Source: Podarcis vaucheri (Eukaryota). Taken from it: DNA of 64,000 nucleotides. The stretch lies in the NCBI GenBank assembly GCA_965113315.1, contig OZ220366.1, one strand, 5' to 3'. Made by a program: the position numbers and the translations under genes. How positions within the stretch are numbered: position 1 is the first letter of the stretch; each line of letters opens with the position of its first letter. The notes beneath the pieces were generated by a model. The model was not told the origin of the DNA and ran no database searches. It was given only the letters and a program-made list of their open reading frames with translations. Of the stretch, positions 27,351 through 40,654 are shown in pieces.

Positions 27351-28329
27351 ATTGTAAGGGGATATACCGTACACCAATAATATACACCAATAAAGAGCAC
27401 ATTGAAAAGTACGCCTCAAATTGAAATGAGCCCTCCTTCAATTTTAATGGATTAGCAGTTGATTTGAAACCATAGTTGTGGCTTTAAAATGTTATTTAAG
27501 TAATCATAACAAAATACTAAACGTTAATTATGATTAATTTTATTCAGAAACCAAATTAGCTTACAAAAGATAAATTTATGCAAATGAAGCATAAAGTGTA
27601 TAAATTAGCAATCAAGAATTTATTAAAATTGCATCTTGAATAGGATATTTTTAAGATCAAAATAACAGATTGCATATTACCTATGTACAATAAATAGTTC
27701 ACAATTTGAATGAGGACTTTGCTGACCTAATAAAAATGCTCATTTGCCCATTATTTTTGCAGTGTACAATAATAGTCCAGACTACAAACATAGCATTCAA
27801 ACATGAAATGACTCAGTTTTCAATTAAAATCTTTTCTGTTTTTACGTTACTGCTAAAATTACAGACACATATAATTATTATACCCTTAAGCAGGTTTATC
27901 TATGTAAGTCAACCCAGTAAATGAAATGGAAATAAAAGTATTTATAAGCATATCCTACCACAGGATCTAAGATTATGTATCCCACAATTGTTCTGCGAAA
28001 GCCAGAACATCCCTTTCCCCCCGCCTCCGCAAGAGCATGGCAGCCATTTTGGGCCCTGTGCTCTTGTGCAATTTTCAGGGCCATGATTTTGCATGGGTCA
28101 TGTGACTCATACAGGAGTGCAGCCCCAGAAGACAGCATCCCGGTTCTTCACTGCATTGTGTTGGGGGGTATGAGATCAGTGTACCCATAATTAGGTTTCT
28201 GAATGTAATAAACTGCAAGGAATTATTACCCAACCTGATGCATTAGAATTGAATTAGAAATCAGGCAACTTCATTTCATGTATGTTTTTAAATACTTTAT
28301 TTCCAGACATCCCCCCAAACACTTTGAGA

Positions 28330-28505
28330 AGTATGGATACCAACTTGGATAGCTTTTAAATGGAATTAGATGAATTCATGCAGGAAAGGGCTATTGATGC
28401 AACCAGCTGGAAACCTCGGGTGAGAAGAGTAGTCTTGTGTTCATCTTCTTCTCTCTGGTTTCCCAAAGGCATCTTGTTGAGCAATGTGAGAACAGGATGC
28501 TGAAA
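28330..28505 (+). mobile_element. CR1 3'-end fragment
   Basis: ttggatagcttttaaatggaattagatgaattcatg resembles the CR1 C-terminal GFK..LDKFM motif, followed by 3' UTR-like sequence. Confidence 0.55.
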
Positions 28506-31340
28506 AAATATTTATGATCAAACAGGGGTTGCAGTGAATGTAAAAGTGCATATCTTCCTAATAATGATGTGCAAACCATTTGTTTTGTTTGTTTTTGTAT
28601 ATCCAGCTTGCCTAAAGAACATGGAAGCTATCTTTATAATCCCAATAGAAAGCATACTTTGGTTTTACAAGGAAGTTCTGTAGCAGTCGGAAAACCATGA
28701 GCACCAGTCTTTTTCTGTCAGTCAATCCCAAATTCTTTAAACCACTTCACTATTATCTGCCATTCAACTGTCTGTGAGCAGAATCAAATATTCGTCATTT
28801 GTAGGGTTTTGCATGCAATTGTTCATAAGTAGCACCAGATACTTTATGGGCTATTTTCCAAGATAATTTTAGAACTACTGAAGGATTTCACATTGCAATT
28901 GAACCCACTTAATCCCACTCATGTAATTGTAGACCAATATTAACATCACTGACTCTTCATCCAGAAAACTGCAACTAACTTTAGTATGGAAAAAAGTAAC
29001 TTGTTCTGCATCTGGAAAACAGCACAAAAAAGAACCACATGGATAAGGTGGGACAATGTTGGTATCACTTGCTTCATTCTATCTTGCCAAACTTTGAGTT
29101 GCATTTGTATATTTGTTAGAAATTTTACACAGTTGCCCAGTGTTGTGGTTTTTTAAATGGCATAACTTTTTAGGGACTGGCTATGATATGGATTTCACAT
29201 TTAAGTCACCTTTTGTTTCTTGTCATGGACAGGCAGAATAAATGTTAAATAAACAAATAAGCAAATAATTGATAGAGATACCTGAGAAAGATGAAATAAA
29301 GTACTGGAGCAGTTGCTATGATAAAGTTGTTTATCCAAATGGCTTTTGCTGCTGCGACGCTGGGGAATTTCATTTGGTTCAATTTTTTAAGTGAACTGAT
29401 CTAATCTGTACATCAAGGATCAATTCATGGATCAAATCCTTCAGATTATGCACCTCTCTCAATTTTACCGCTGTTCTCAGCTCAAAAAGTCAGCAAAGTG
29501 CATAGAAATGTACATTTTAGAATAAACACTTTAGAAATGCATAGACCGAGATTGATATATATTTAAATAGTTGTTTTGTGATGAAATATAGATTTAAACA
29601 TAACATTTCATATAGATTTTTATTAAAAAAAATAGCACCAAGGGCATTATGAATGAACACGTGAAACTGACATGGAGCTGGCCAACCAGAAACTCTACTT
29701 TAGAAAAGATTGCTGATTGTTGTCCCACTCATCCACATATATTAAGGCTATGCCCAGCCCCTGCTGACCCCAATCCAGGACCCCATATGGACCCTGGCTC
29801 AACCTTTGGAACGATTCACCCAGCCTGGATCTGGCCCTGAATTAAATTGGAGGTGAGGCTGATGTTTAATGAGGAATATTATGAAACATTAAGGCCTATG
29901 TTTAAATAGGGGTGCTGCTTCTTCATGAGCGTACCCTGCCACCCACAGGACTGGACCCACTCACTAGCTGATGAGCATAAGATTCAATCCCGCTGGGCTC
30001 TGCTTTGCCAGAACATTCCCTGGAGAAAACACATTGGCAAAACAGATCCCTGCAGTCTTCTCGCCTGATTCCCACCCCCGTGACAGTCCAGGATTTATCT
30101 GGGAATTGTGACCATGGGCTGTGTCAACCCAACTGAGCCCAAGCCAGGATCCCCCCTGAACCAACCCAATTCGATGTGGGATTCAGCTGAATCCTGTGTA
30201 CATCCCTCTGATTTGCACAAAGGGTTCATGTTGCTTCAGTAATGAGCTCTTGTCTCAGCATTGTTTCTGTAAGCCCCATGCATTTTATTTTCTGTTTCTC
30301 CATTTGCGGCCTGATAAAACAAGGATAATGACAGTTACTTGCCTTAGACAAATGCTTTGCGCACTTCAGATGAGACAAACAAAACTATGTTGATTATGAT
30401 ATAAATTGGATACACATTTGTAAATAATTATTACTTTGGGACAATTTGAATAAAGAACAGCCACCATTAGCATGAAATCTTACTGTTGATAGTCTGTTCT
30501 GCTATAATGCAGTATTAGAATTCTTAGAAATTCAAGCGAGTGACAAGGTATAATCACACCTTTGAAATCCTGCTTGTCATGCTGTGGATTTCCTGTACAG
30601 AAGGATAAAGCCTTATAGGTTTCCACAAGAACTATTCTGTTTTCACTTCTGTAGCCCCAGGAGTGCATATCTGAAACTCATACATTCAGTTCCTAGCCAT
30701 GGGGTTTCCTTGGTTTCTCTTGAATAATGCTTTAAGTCCTACTGAATGTGCTGAAAGGTTGATGAAGGCAGCTTAAAAATGTCTAGAATACTAGAATTGC
30801 ATTTTATGCCAATTCCATTCATAAACATCAAATTCCCATCATAATTATAACTAAGTCAGGGTATGTAAAAAACGAAAAACAAAACCATCCAAATCCTATT
30901 TTCTGCAACATTTTCCATTGATTTCATGGCACACAAGCTGACATGGAAAATGTTCCTTGAAGCTTGAAACAATGAAAACTGCTCATTTAATCATCAGTAA
31001 TCTGGTTCCAAAAGGTACATTTCCCCTTGATATCTGCTGATTGGTCCTTTTTTCATGTGACTTCTTATTTGATTTTCACTGAACCTTATGTTTGACAGCG
31101 AAAACACATTTTGTGTGTGTACCAAACAAGATTCTACATTTCAGGGGTAGGTCAAAAGCATTTTGTAAAGTGTGTCAAACTTCATCGCCAGTCACAATGT
31201 TTGTGAAAAAAGGAAGATAGATCTTGGCAACAGTGAACCCATTTAAGCAAATAATCTTATGCTGAGCTTCTGCACTGTATATAATATTTACCTTGGCGGA
31301 GACTTTCCAAAGCAATATTTAAGCATATTCTAATTTTTTC

Positions 31341-32492
31341 ATAACATGTGCTGGATTATGGAGAAAGCTAGAGAGTTCCAGAAAAACATCTACTTCTGCT
31401 TCACTGACTATATGCAAAAGCCTTTGACTGTGTCGACCATAGCAAACTATGGCAAGTTCTTAAAGAAATGGGAGTGCCTGGTCACCTCATCTGTCTCCTG
31501 AGAAATCTCTATGTGGGACAAGAAGCTACAGTTAGAACTGAATATGGAGCAATTAATTTGTTCAAAATTGGGTAAGGAGTAAGACAAGGCTGTATACTGT
31601 CTCCCTGCTTATTTAACTTATATGCAGAATTTATCATGCGAAAGGCTGGATTGGATGAATCCCAAACCGGAATTAAGATTGCCGGAAGAAACATCAACAA
31701 CCTCAGATATGCAGATGACACAACCCTGATGGCAGAAAGTGAGGAGGAATTAAAGAACCTTTTAATGAGGGTGATAGAGGAGAGCACAAAATATAGTCTG
31801 AAGCTCAACATCAAAAAAACGAAGATCATGGCCACTGGGCCCATCACCTCCTGGGAAATAGAAGGGGAAGAAATGGAGACAGTGAGAGATTTTACTTTCT
31901 TGGGCTCCATGATCACTGCAGATGGTGACAGCAGTCACAAAATTAAAAGACACATGCTTCTTGGGAGAAAAGCAATGACAAACCTAGACAGCATCTTAAA
32001 AAGCAGAGACATCACCTTGCCAACAAAGGTCCGTATAGTAAAAGCTATGGTTTTCCCAGTGGTGATGTATGGAAATGAGAGTTGGACCATAAAGAAGGCT
32101 AATCGCCGAAGAATTGATGCTTTGAATTATGGTGCTGGAGGAGACTCTTGAGAGTCCCATGGACTGCAAAAAGATCAAACCTATCCATTCTGAAGGAAAT
32201 CAGCCCTGAGTGCTCACTGGAAGGACAGATCGTGAAGCTGAGGCTCCAATACTTTGGCTACCTCATGAGAAGAGAAGACGCCCTGGAAAAGACCCTGATG
32301 TTGGGAAAGATGGAGGGCACAAGGAGAAGGGGACGACAGAGGATGAGATGGTTGGACAGTGTTCTCGAAGCTAAAAACATGAGTTTGACCAAACTGCGGG
32401 AGGCAGTGGAAGACAAGAGTGCCTGGCGTGTTCTGGTCCATGGGGTCACAAAGAGTCAGACATGACTAAACAACTAAACAACAACAACAACA
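31341..32492 (+). mobile_element. Bov-B (RTE) LINE, 5'-truncated, ~1.15 kb
   Basis: KAFDCVDH, GVRQGCILSP and NLRYADDTTL RT motifs; in-frame stop at ~31573; frameshifts near 31410 and 32122; (CAA)n tail. Confidence 0.97.
31636..32465 (+). pseudogene. Bov-B reverse transcriptase C-terminal remnant (ORFs 31636-32151 and 32148-32465)
   Basis: YADD motif; two overlapping frames joined by a frameshift. Confidence 0.9.
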
Positions 32493-33757
32493 GCTTTATC
32501 ATCTTCAAAACGTAAACATTCCTAAGACTGGAAAAGAGATATTATTGCTTTCCTGTTGGCCCTTCTGTAAATGGAAGTGCTCTTTAAATTTATGGAAAGC
32601 ACTGAGGTCCAGGAGATACTCTCCAATGAAGTAACCAAAAATTCCTACTACCTTCTATGGTCCTATATGTCTTTTCTTATACTGTGGCTCCAGGCACCTG
32701 AGCGGCTATCCCGTGCCTGGGAGGGCATCCTCTGCACCATGCCCCCCTCAGGAGCATGCCCGCCCTGGGCAGCGCGGGCATATGTTCCACCGCTGTCTCA
32801 AGGGAAGAAGGCATTTGAGAAATGGGAGAAATGATTTTGTTACAGCATGGCAGTTGACTAAATAACAGCTTATTATATTGACTGTTATATTTATGAAAAT
32901 ATGGAAGGGTCAATTGAGTGACATGATAGTACTGGGATTCTTGTCAGTAAGGACAATTATGGTACACTTGGGAGGGAAGAAACATAAATATGTTTGTTGC
33001 ACTGGTTACAGTGCAGAACAACAATCAACAGAAGCTGCTTTTTGGTGGACTTACGGTGATTTTTTTAAACTTTACCACACAACAGTCTCTTTGTAGTAAA
33101 GTGAACAACCATCATTTCAAAATTAATTTACCATGACAACTTTTGTTCACCTCCTTAAAGCTGTTCTTTGATACCTGAATTCACTATCCATAGTCTCTCT
33201 CTTAACAATGGAGTCTTGAATAATAGATTCCATCCTTTTTACTTACAAACCTAAGGGTACAGTTTGAACTCTAGCAGTCTTTGTTTTCACTATCTCCAAG
33301 CGTGGATTTAGCAAGACTGACAGCGGATCACGCTAAAAAGGCAGGCAGTGATCGTTTTTGTTATGGTGCCTCTGAGCATTATAATGAATGAGGGATGACA
33401 ACAATGTGGTAAGAGGTTTTGCCTCCAGCATACAAATAACATGTCACATCAAATTGCAACCAAAGACCTCCCTCCCCCCGCCCCCTTCTCCTATACAGAA
33501 ATCTGTAACTCTTGGGTAATCTGAACATTTATGCTTTCTTGTGGACATAGTAAACAGTGAAGTCTAAAAAGTTTGCACTGTCACATGCACAACTTTCATC
33601 TATTATCAGATCAATATGCAATGCCTATTTTATTAGTAAATGAATGAATATATATATATAGAGAGAGAGAGAGAAGAATCAAACAGGCAAACAAAGATAA
33701 GCACAGTAAAGCAGTGATATGTTTCAGTGAGAAGCAGTATGTGTATGCATTTCTATA

Positions 33758-33759
<2 letters not shown>

Positions 33760-33794
<35 letters not shown>
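33760..33794. repeat. (TG)n microsatellite
   Basis: Directly visible. Confidence 0.95.
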
Positions 33795-33795
<1 letters not shown>

Positions 33796-34165
33796 CACAC
33801 ACATTTATGGAATCTTTAGGCTTCACGGTGCATAAATGCTCAGACTAACCCTATAAAATAAAAACAAAGTTAAACAACTCCATGAAAAATAGAAATAGTC
33901 TTCTTAAGGATTCACTGTTCTCCCTGTCTAATCTAAGCAGCCATCATGATGAGATTGATGTGCATTGGCAGAGATGCATTTCATGAGGTGGCTGTCTGTG
34001 CAACACTATTGAAATGGAGTGATCTGTCTTCATTGTGGTCCATCAACATGCCCCTCAGATCCATCAGGCAAATGTCTACAATTCTCCTTTATAATTTATT
34101 ACCTCTGATGGTTAAATATCTGTTTAAAAGTATTTAGAATTATTGTTCACCTTATAGTTTTCAAT

Positions 34166-34297
34166 NNNNNNNNNNNNNNNNNNNNNNNNNNNNNNNNNNN
34201 NNNNNNNNNNNNNNNNNNNNNNNNNNNNNNNNNNNNNNNNNNNNNNNNNNNNNNNNNNNNNNNNNNNNNNNNNNNNNNNNNNNNNNNNNNNNNNNNN
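34166..34297. other. Assembly gap (132 N)
   Basis: Run of N. Confidence 1.
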
Positions 34298-34894
34298 TTA
34301 AAATGTAAGAATAAAATCCCATTCAGTAATTTGACATATTTCTATGCATTGAAAAAATGATCGTGCGCTTACTTGACTTTAACAATACAATTTATTGGAG
34401 TAGAATTGTTCTGGCAAATCTTCTGATATACTCTCTAGCAGCTGAAGATATATGAACCTTAAACTCAAGAAATTTGTTTTAAAGATAGATAGAGAAGTGT
34501 CAAATTACATAAATGTGAACAATTTAGGGAATAGGGATGCTGTTTATGGCTGCTTCTAGCTGTACAAGTGAAGTATGTGTTTGACTTAATCATTTTGCTT
34601 TTTGTCATCTGAGCTTTGGGAGGTCTTCAGATTCCACACACACCTCATCCTGGAAATTGCATTCTATTATTAATAATCCTTAAAAGCCACTGGCATATGC
34701 CAGTCTTTGTACAACAAAGCTTTTAAAAAATCTGCCGAGTCCTAGTTTGTTATCTTCACCTTGCAGACGAGAAATGCTTTAAAATCGCAAACTGTTACTC
34801 ATTTCATATCTACGTCATTAACCTCTTATGCAATATACCTAAATGTGAATGTCAGTAGGATACATATTGTGGGGAGGCAGATTGTATTGCACTG

Positions 34895-35047
34895 CAGCAG
34901 GTGGAGAACCTGTGTCCCTCAATAGGTTGCTGGAGCCCAACTCTGACCATTGGTGTCAAATTACATAAATGTGAACAATTGGAGGGGTGGGCTGATGGGA
35001 GCTGGGAGTCCAACATCATCTGTAGGGCTTCAGGTTCCCCATCACAG
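34895..35047. mobile_element. hAT MITE (URR1-like palindromic family)
   Basis: Ends cagcaggtggagaacctg / caggttccccatcacag; TSD ttgcactg and ctgcactg; other copies at 51560-52128, ~47030-47105, ~63045-63110. Confidence 0.75.
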
Positions 35048-35246
35048 CTGCACTGAATGAGAAAATATGATTTCCTTGCCAGCTAAACAGTTTCAGCTTT
35101 AGGTATTTTTTGTCCTGGCTTGCTGAAAAATTAAAAAGGAAACTAGTCATGTGACAATCTGTTTCCTTGAACAAATTGACGACTGCCCAAGTAGATATTA
35201 CGATTGCACAGTTTGACTTGGGTTGCACCAAACTCCTGTAAACCAA

Positions 35247-35471
35247 CAGGGAACCAGGCAGAGGGCCTTCTCGGTAGTGGCACCCTCCCTGTGGAACGCC
35301 CTACCATCAGATGTCAAAGCGATAAACAACTACCTGACGTTCAGAAGACATCTGAAGGCAGCCCTGTTCAGGGACGTTTTTAATATGTGACATTTTAGTG
35401 TATTTTTCATCTTTGTTGGAAGCCGCCCAGAGTGGCTGGGGAAACCCAGCCAGATGGGCGTGGTACAAATA

Positions 35472-35519
<48 letters not shown>
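35247..35519 (+). mobile_element. Young L2-clade LINE 3' end with (AAT)n tail
   Basis: RAFSVVAPSLWNALP..FRRHLKAALF C-terminus, ggaagccgcccagagtggctgggg 3' UTR, (AAT)n. Confidence 0.9.
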
Positions 35520-36639
35520 TGTAGTGGGTGACTTAAAGCACACCATGGGGGGCTGGGAGAGGGTGGTCCCTGTGTTCTTTCTCCTCAACCACTCTACAAT
35601 TGTTGTCTTCAATAGTGGAAGTTCCTTTCAGTACTGGGATATAAACAGATAAATGGCAAAATTGTTTTTCAGGAAAGAAAAAGAAACAGGGAAAGCAATT
35701 TGGTCTTGCCACTCTTGCTACAATATAATCACTTTCAGTACCTTAAATGAATTATATGGCAACACAAAATGTTTGTATTTACACAGGTTAATGGTTTTTA
35801 AGTGGGAGCATAGTTGCCTTCATTGTGCTCATCTTTTAAGTGTTGTGTGTTATTTTAAAATATATGCTTGACACTCCAGCACATGGAGCAATGATACTGA
35901 ATTGGGGGGAATGCATATTTAAGATACATTGGACAACCTTGTATATTTTGTACCTTTACTAACTGGGGCAGTGAGAGAATTTTGCATTCTGCTTCAGACA
36001 TGGTTTTTTTTTTTGTATATTGCTATTTTTATCTGCATTTAATGGTTTTTTTTGTTATTTTTTTGTATTGTATAAGTTGATTCAAGGCACTTGAGTGTAA
36101 AAATGTGACACTATTATTATGATGATGGTGATCCATGAAAAGATTGTTGTAACATTTTGGCCCTGAGATATGAAATGGAAAATCTGCTCATAAATAGTAC
36201 ACTGTACCACTGTTGCTTAATGGAGCTGACATACAGAAATACGTAATTCTTTCGGCCTCTAATGGCTAGATGGACTAGTGCTGTGGCTCCTTAATTCTAA
36301 CTGGAAGCAAATCTGTAAAAGGAAACTTCTGCCCTAGCATCTCCTACTAGCATGGGAGGTGCATGCCACAAATAACTATGACTATAAAATTCCCACATCT
36401 TGGTATTCCATCCATCATTAGATGATGTGTGTATGATCCCTGCTGTTAGGTTGGGGGAACAGGCTTGAGTCCTTGATCTTCATTTGGTGGTTGGCACTCT
36501 GCTTGTTTTGTGTGAGTAAACAGTCTTTTTATATGTATGTTGTGTTGAAAAAATGCACACTGTCAGATCCCTGTCATGACAAATTCATGTTGTAGACGGG
36601 CACATGTTAAATAATGGAGAATAACCATATATGTAAATA

Positions 36640-36881
36640 CAGTGGTACCTCTGGTTATGAACTTAATTCATTCCGGAGGTCCGTTGTTAACCTGAAACTG
36701 TTCTTAACCTGAGGTACCATTTTAGCTAATGGGGCTTCCTGCTGCCGCCATGCTGCCGCCACATGATTTCTGTTCTCATCCTGAGGTAAAGTTCTTAACC
36801 TGAGGTACTACTTCCAGGTTAGCAGAGTCTGTAACCCAACGTGTTTGTAATCCGAGGTGTTTGTAACCCAAGATACCACTG
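36640..36881. mobile_element. Tc1/mariner (pogo/Tigger-type) MITE
   Basis: TA TSD on both sides; TIR cagtggtacctctggtta / taacccaagataccactg; internal ttcttaacctgaggtac repeats. Confidence 0.9.
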
Positions 36882-38562
36882 TACATTTTCATGCTATGTG
36901 TTGTTTGCCTTTTCCAATCTAGGTTTTGGAGAGAACAGAGAACATGCAAAGCACCTTGGTCTGTAGCATCATTTCATTGCTGAAAAATGAGGGTCAAGCT
37001 TTGCCAGAAGTTTCTCCTCTACATGCCTCATGAACTGAAGATGCATAGCAGTGCTCTTATGCACAGGGCTGCCACAATAAATTTTGCTGCCTGAAGCAGA
37101 ATGCAAAATTCAGTATTATTGTTCCATGTGCTGGAGTGTCAAGCATTCCCAAGTAGGAGACCAGACAAATAATGTAAAAGAATGTAAGACCAGACTATTT
37201 TGCTTGCTTGCTTTGTTTTGTTTTGTTTGTTTGTTTATAAGTGCCTATCCCATTTTCCACCATTTTTTCTAAACAATTTTCTGTTGGTTGCACCTTGATC
37301 ACTGGGTCCCCCCACAATGGGCATTTTCTTACTATTTCCTACCCCCCACAGTTTTGTTATTGCTTCCAACAGGTTGATGCAGGGCCTCAGGTAAAAAGGA
37401 AAGTAGAAAACTGGGAAAATAAAGTTTTCTGATTCCTTAAAGGAATGAATGAATGAATGAATGAATGAATACCACTTAATGCCAAAACAGACTTTGAAGT
37501 GGTTAACAAGTATAACTAATTACACAAGCATTGAAATATACTGTACCATTCATAATTAAAATGCACAATAAAACAATCACATTACTACCTGCTTTGGCAG
37601 TGTCTTAAACTATTTACTCAGAAAGGTCCAATTGAAATTAATGTGTGCATTCCCCTGCCCTCAAATTGCAGCCCATATCTATACGGAATTCATATGTTTG
37701 TCTTGATATAGGCTTCATCAGTCCATTTGTTTTGTTTTGCTGCTGCAATGCTCAGATTTATATTTTTATTATTAAAAAAAATGCTTTGCTTGACTGACTG
37801 GCATGTTCCAAAATGTGCCCAAAATAGACATACTTAGATGCAACAAAGACTTTGAAAAGTAAGCAATCCATTTTATTAGTCATCACTATTTAGAGTCCAA
37901 TGGAAGTTTTGATGAAATGGTAAGCATAAGCCTACCTTAATCTTAAGAATATTACTAGGCGAATTCAAACAGATAAGCGACTTTTATCATCTCTTCCCAG
38001 AAAAGCCTGTCAAAAATGAAGAAAATAATTTCATCTTACATAAGCATATGGATTCACATTAAATGTGATATTAATGTAGCTGCTTCAAGGAGGATAGATA
38101 CAAAGCTCTGATTATGGTGGAGAGTTTAACTTGATATTAAAAATAGAGCAAATGACTTGCTCACCAAGGATTCCATTGCCAGAATGATGTAAGTAGGATG
38201 CTTTGGGGAACTTAAATATTAATATTGCAGCTGCTAACTATGATGAACAACTTGATTCAAGGAAATGTTGGGTTTTTTGTTGCTTGGTGTGTGCTTGGAA
38301 TGCTTACAAGCTCTTTGGTTTGTGCTTCATGTGAAAGCCAGCAAATAAACAGAGGCTCATTTTTTGCCTCATTACTTCTGAGAACTCTTTAAGTGAGAAA
38401 ACAAATATAAAAATCCTTTCAATGAAACAAACAAAATGTATTTCCTAGGAAGCATGGTAGCTTTGAAGGAAAGTATCTTAACAAATGCACTAATTTCTGA
38501 CATGTTGATAATAGTAAGATACACATGGAGGTCTTCCAAAATTTGAAGAGATAGTTTTAACC

Positions 38563-39167
38563 CAGAGGTTTTCAACCTTTTTGAGTCCATGGCTCCCTTG
38601 ACCAATTACATTCTTTTTGCTGCACCCTGTAGGACTCAGGAGCCCAATTATGTCACTCCTTGCCTGCAGAACTGGCAATCTCTCACCCTTTTTTGAACAC
38701 CCTTCCTTGTGGAGTGCTCCCGCTCCCTCAGCCTCCTCTCCTTTCCCATCTCCTTGGGAGACCTCTGGGCAGCCACTGCTGCCTCCCTTCTCTCTCAGCC
38801 TCCGCCCCCCCCGCCCCAAAGAGAGATATGACTCCTCACACTGCCACACAGGGGCCTGGGACTTGTCTGTCCATTCCCAACAGCAAGGGCTGATAGACTG
38901 GCTGCTTGAGCCCCCTCATCCACTTGCTTGCTTACTCCAACCTACCTCAGGTCCTGGCAACCAACATTCTCTGACCAGTCCTATAGGCACCATTCGCCTG
39001 GGGAGCTGCTGCAACAAACAGCTGTGCAAGCCTTTGGGAGGCAGAGATGCAAGAGGGCATCAGAAGAAGGGAGGGAAAGAAGGACAGAGGCCAGTATTGC
39101 CTGTGACTTGCCTGACCATCATTCTAGGCACCCCAGGGTGCCACGGCACCCTGGTTGCAAATCACTG
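38563..39167. mobile_element. Non-autonomous hAT (Charlie-like) element
   Basis: Perfect 8-bp TSD ttttaacc (38555-38562, 39168-39175); TIR cagaggttttcaacc / ggttgcaaatcactg. Confidence 0.88.
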
Positions 39168-40504
39168 TTTTAACCCATTCTGTAGTATCCCAGGTATCTT
39201 GGGGTAGAGGATTTCTTCCCTTCAAGATTCTCATTAGTGCTCTCATGTTGTTTTGCACTGCAATATTCTCCCACTGTACTCCTATTCTATTCTGGATGGG
39301 CTACTACACCTTCAACTTTCAGAAACTTCTATAATGGGTGTGGGTGTGGCCAAAATTATAGCCATATTTTGTTTGGGTTTTTTGTGGTGAGGAAGTGGAC
39401 ATGGGCCCATAATTGCCCACCCTTGGAGCCCCCCCCCAGTCTCCCCTTACACCTTGCCAAACTCATTCCTTCCAATTATAGTTCAGCAGACATGCCACCC
39501 TCCCCATTATACCACATGATATGCACCTACTCCCCTTAGAGATACCCAAGCCACCCCTCCCCACAGAGTTGTTGCTCTGTGTCTCACCTGCACTACTTGC
39601 ATCTGTCTCCCTCCTCTACTACTCAAACACCAATGTTGCTGTGTCTGCCCAGAGCTCTTAAGGAACTGCCATGCTGAGGTTTGCAGCACCACCTGTCAGA
39701 GGCCAAGCAAACTGCTGCATGGCAACATCTTTGCCTTTTTATTATATGTAAGATGGATAAAAAAGGTTATAGCATTCTATTTTGATCGCACCAATTTAAG
39801 GAGTTCTTGCTGCTGTTGATAAGAGGGGGCAAACATGTAAAAGGATAATAGATTATATGTGTCCCCCCATATATATCCCTGAAGAGCATTCACTATGTTA
39901 TTCTACTTATTCTTATGCTTATGATAACTCAGAACATTTCTAGTCCTATTTGCAAATCTAGAATGATCTTTAATGACAACCTGGTGTGTTTTGAAAATGG
40001 CCAACTCTGCTTTATGTAGAATAGGGGAAAGAAGTGTTTAGTCAGAGGGAAATATGCAAATGCTTAATGTTTCTATGTGAAAACATCTGAAATCATTCTA
40101 TTTTTTATTCATTTATCAAAATATTTCTAGACTGCCTTTAAAAAAAGAACCCTCAAGGTGGTCTACAACAATGAAATATCAATCCACTTAAAAGCATCAT
40201 ACCAGAGATAAACAAAACCACCACAAGAATAAAATACATTCGAATTTTGGCAGTCAGAGTCTAGACTGGAAAGAGAAGCTGCTGAATTGCAACTCATTAC
40301 CAAACTTAAAACAATGGAGACACCTGGTCTGAACAGAGACATTGGATTCTTATCTCATTATATATGACTAAAAGCCACTTCTCACCTTCTCACCCCTTGC
40401 CTTCTCCTGTAAGACCTACTACAGTCGTTAAGAGTCGTCAACAGGCTCATCTGCCAATCTCCGATTCCCACCACCCTTCTGAGTAATACCCCTCCCCACC
40501 TTCT

Positions 40505-40514
40505 CTATATATAG
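40505..40514 (+). promoter_or_regulatory. TATA-like box of the Penelope pseudo-LTR
   Basis: ctatatatag about 30 nt upstream of the hammerhead. Confidence 0.5.
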
Positions 40515-40540
40515 AAGGATCTGGCAACTTCTGTTTCAGT

Positions 40541-40578
40541 GTATCTGAAGAAGTGTGCATGCACACGAAAGCTTATAC
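40541..40578 (+). ncRNA. Minimal type I hammerhead ribozyme motif (PLE type)
   Basis: Stem I GUAU/AUAC; core CUGAAGA (40545-40551) plus A; palindromic stem II GUGUGCAUGCACAC; GAAA (40567-40570); loopless palindromic stem III AGCU; predicted cleavage after CUU (40574). Confidence 0.88.
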
Positions 40579-40654
40579 CAAGAACTAACTTAGTTGGTCT
40601 TTAAGGTGCTACAGGAAGGAATTTTTTTATTTTGACTATGGCAGACCAACACGG

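Noticed and set aside
31509-32449. Minus-strand ORFs over Bov-B (also 23763-24071, and plus-strand ORFs over the L1)
   Set aside because: Antisense shadows of retroelement coding sequence.
38617-39207. 196-aa ORF as a host gene or transposase
   Set aside because: Lies within a GC-rich non-autonomous hAT element, is Pro/Ser/Leu-biased, has a non-ATG start and no domain motifs.
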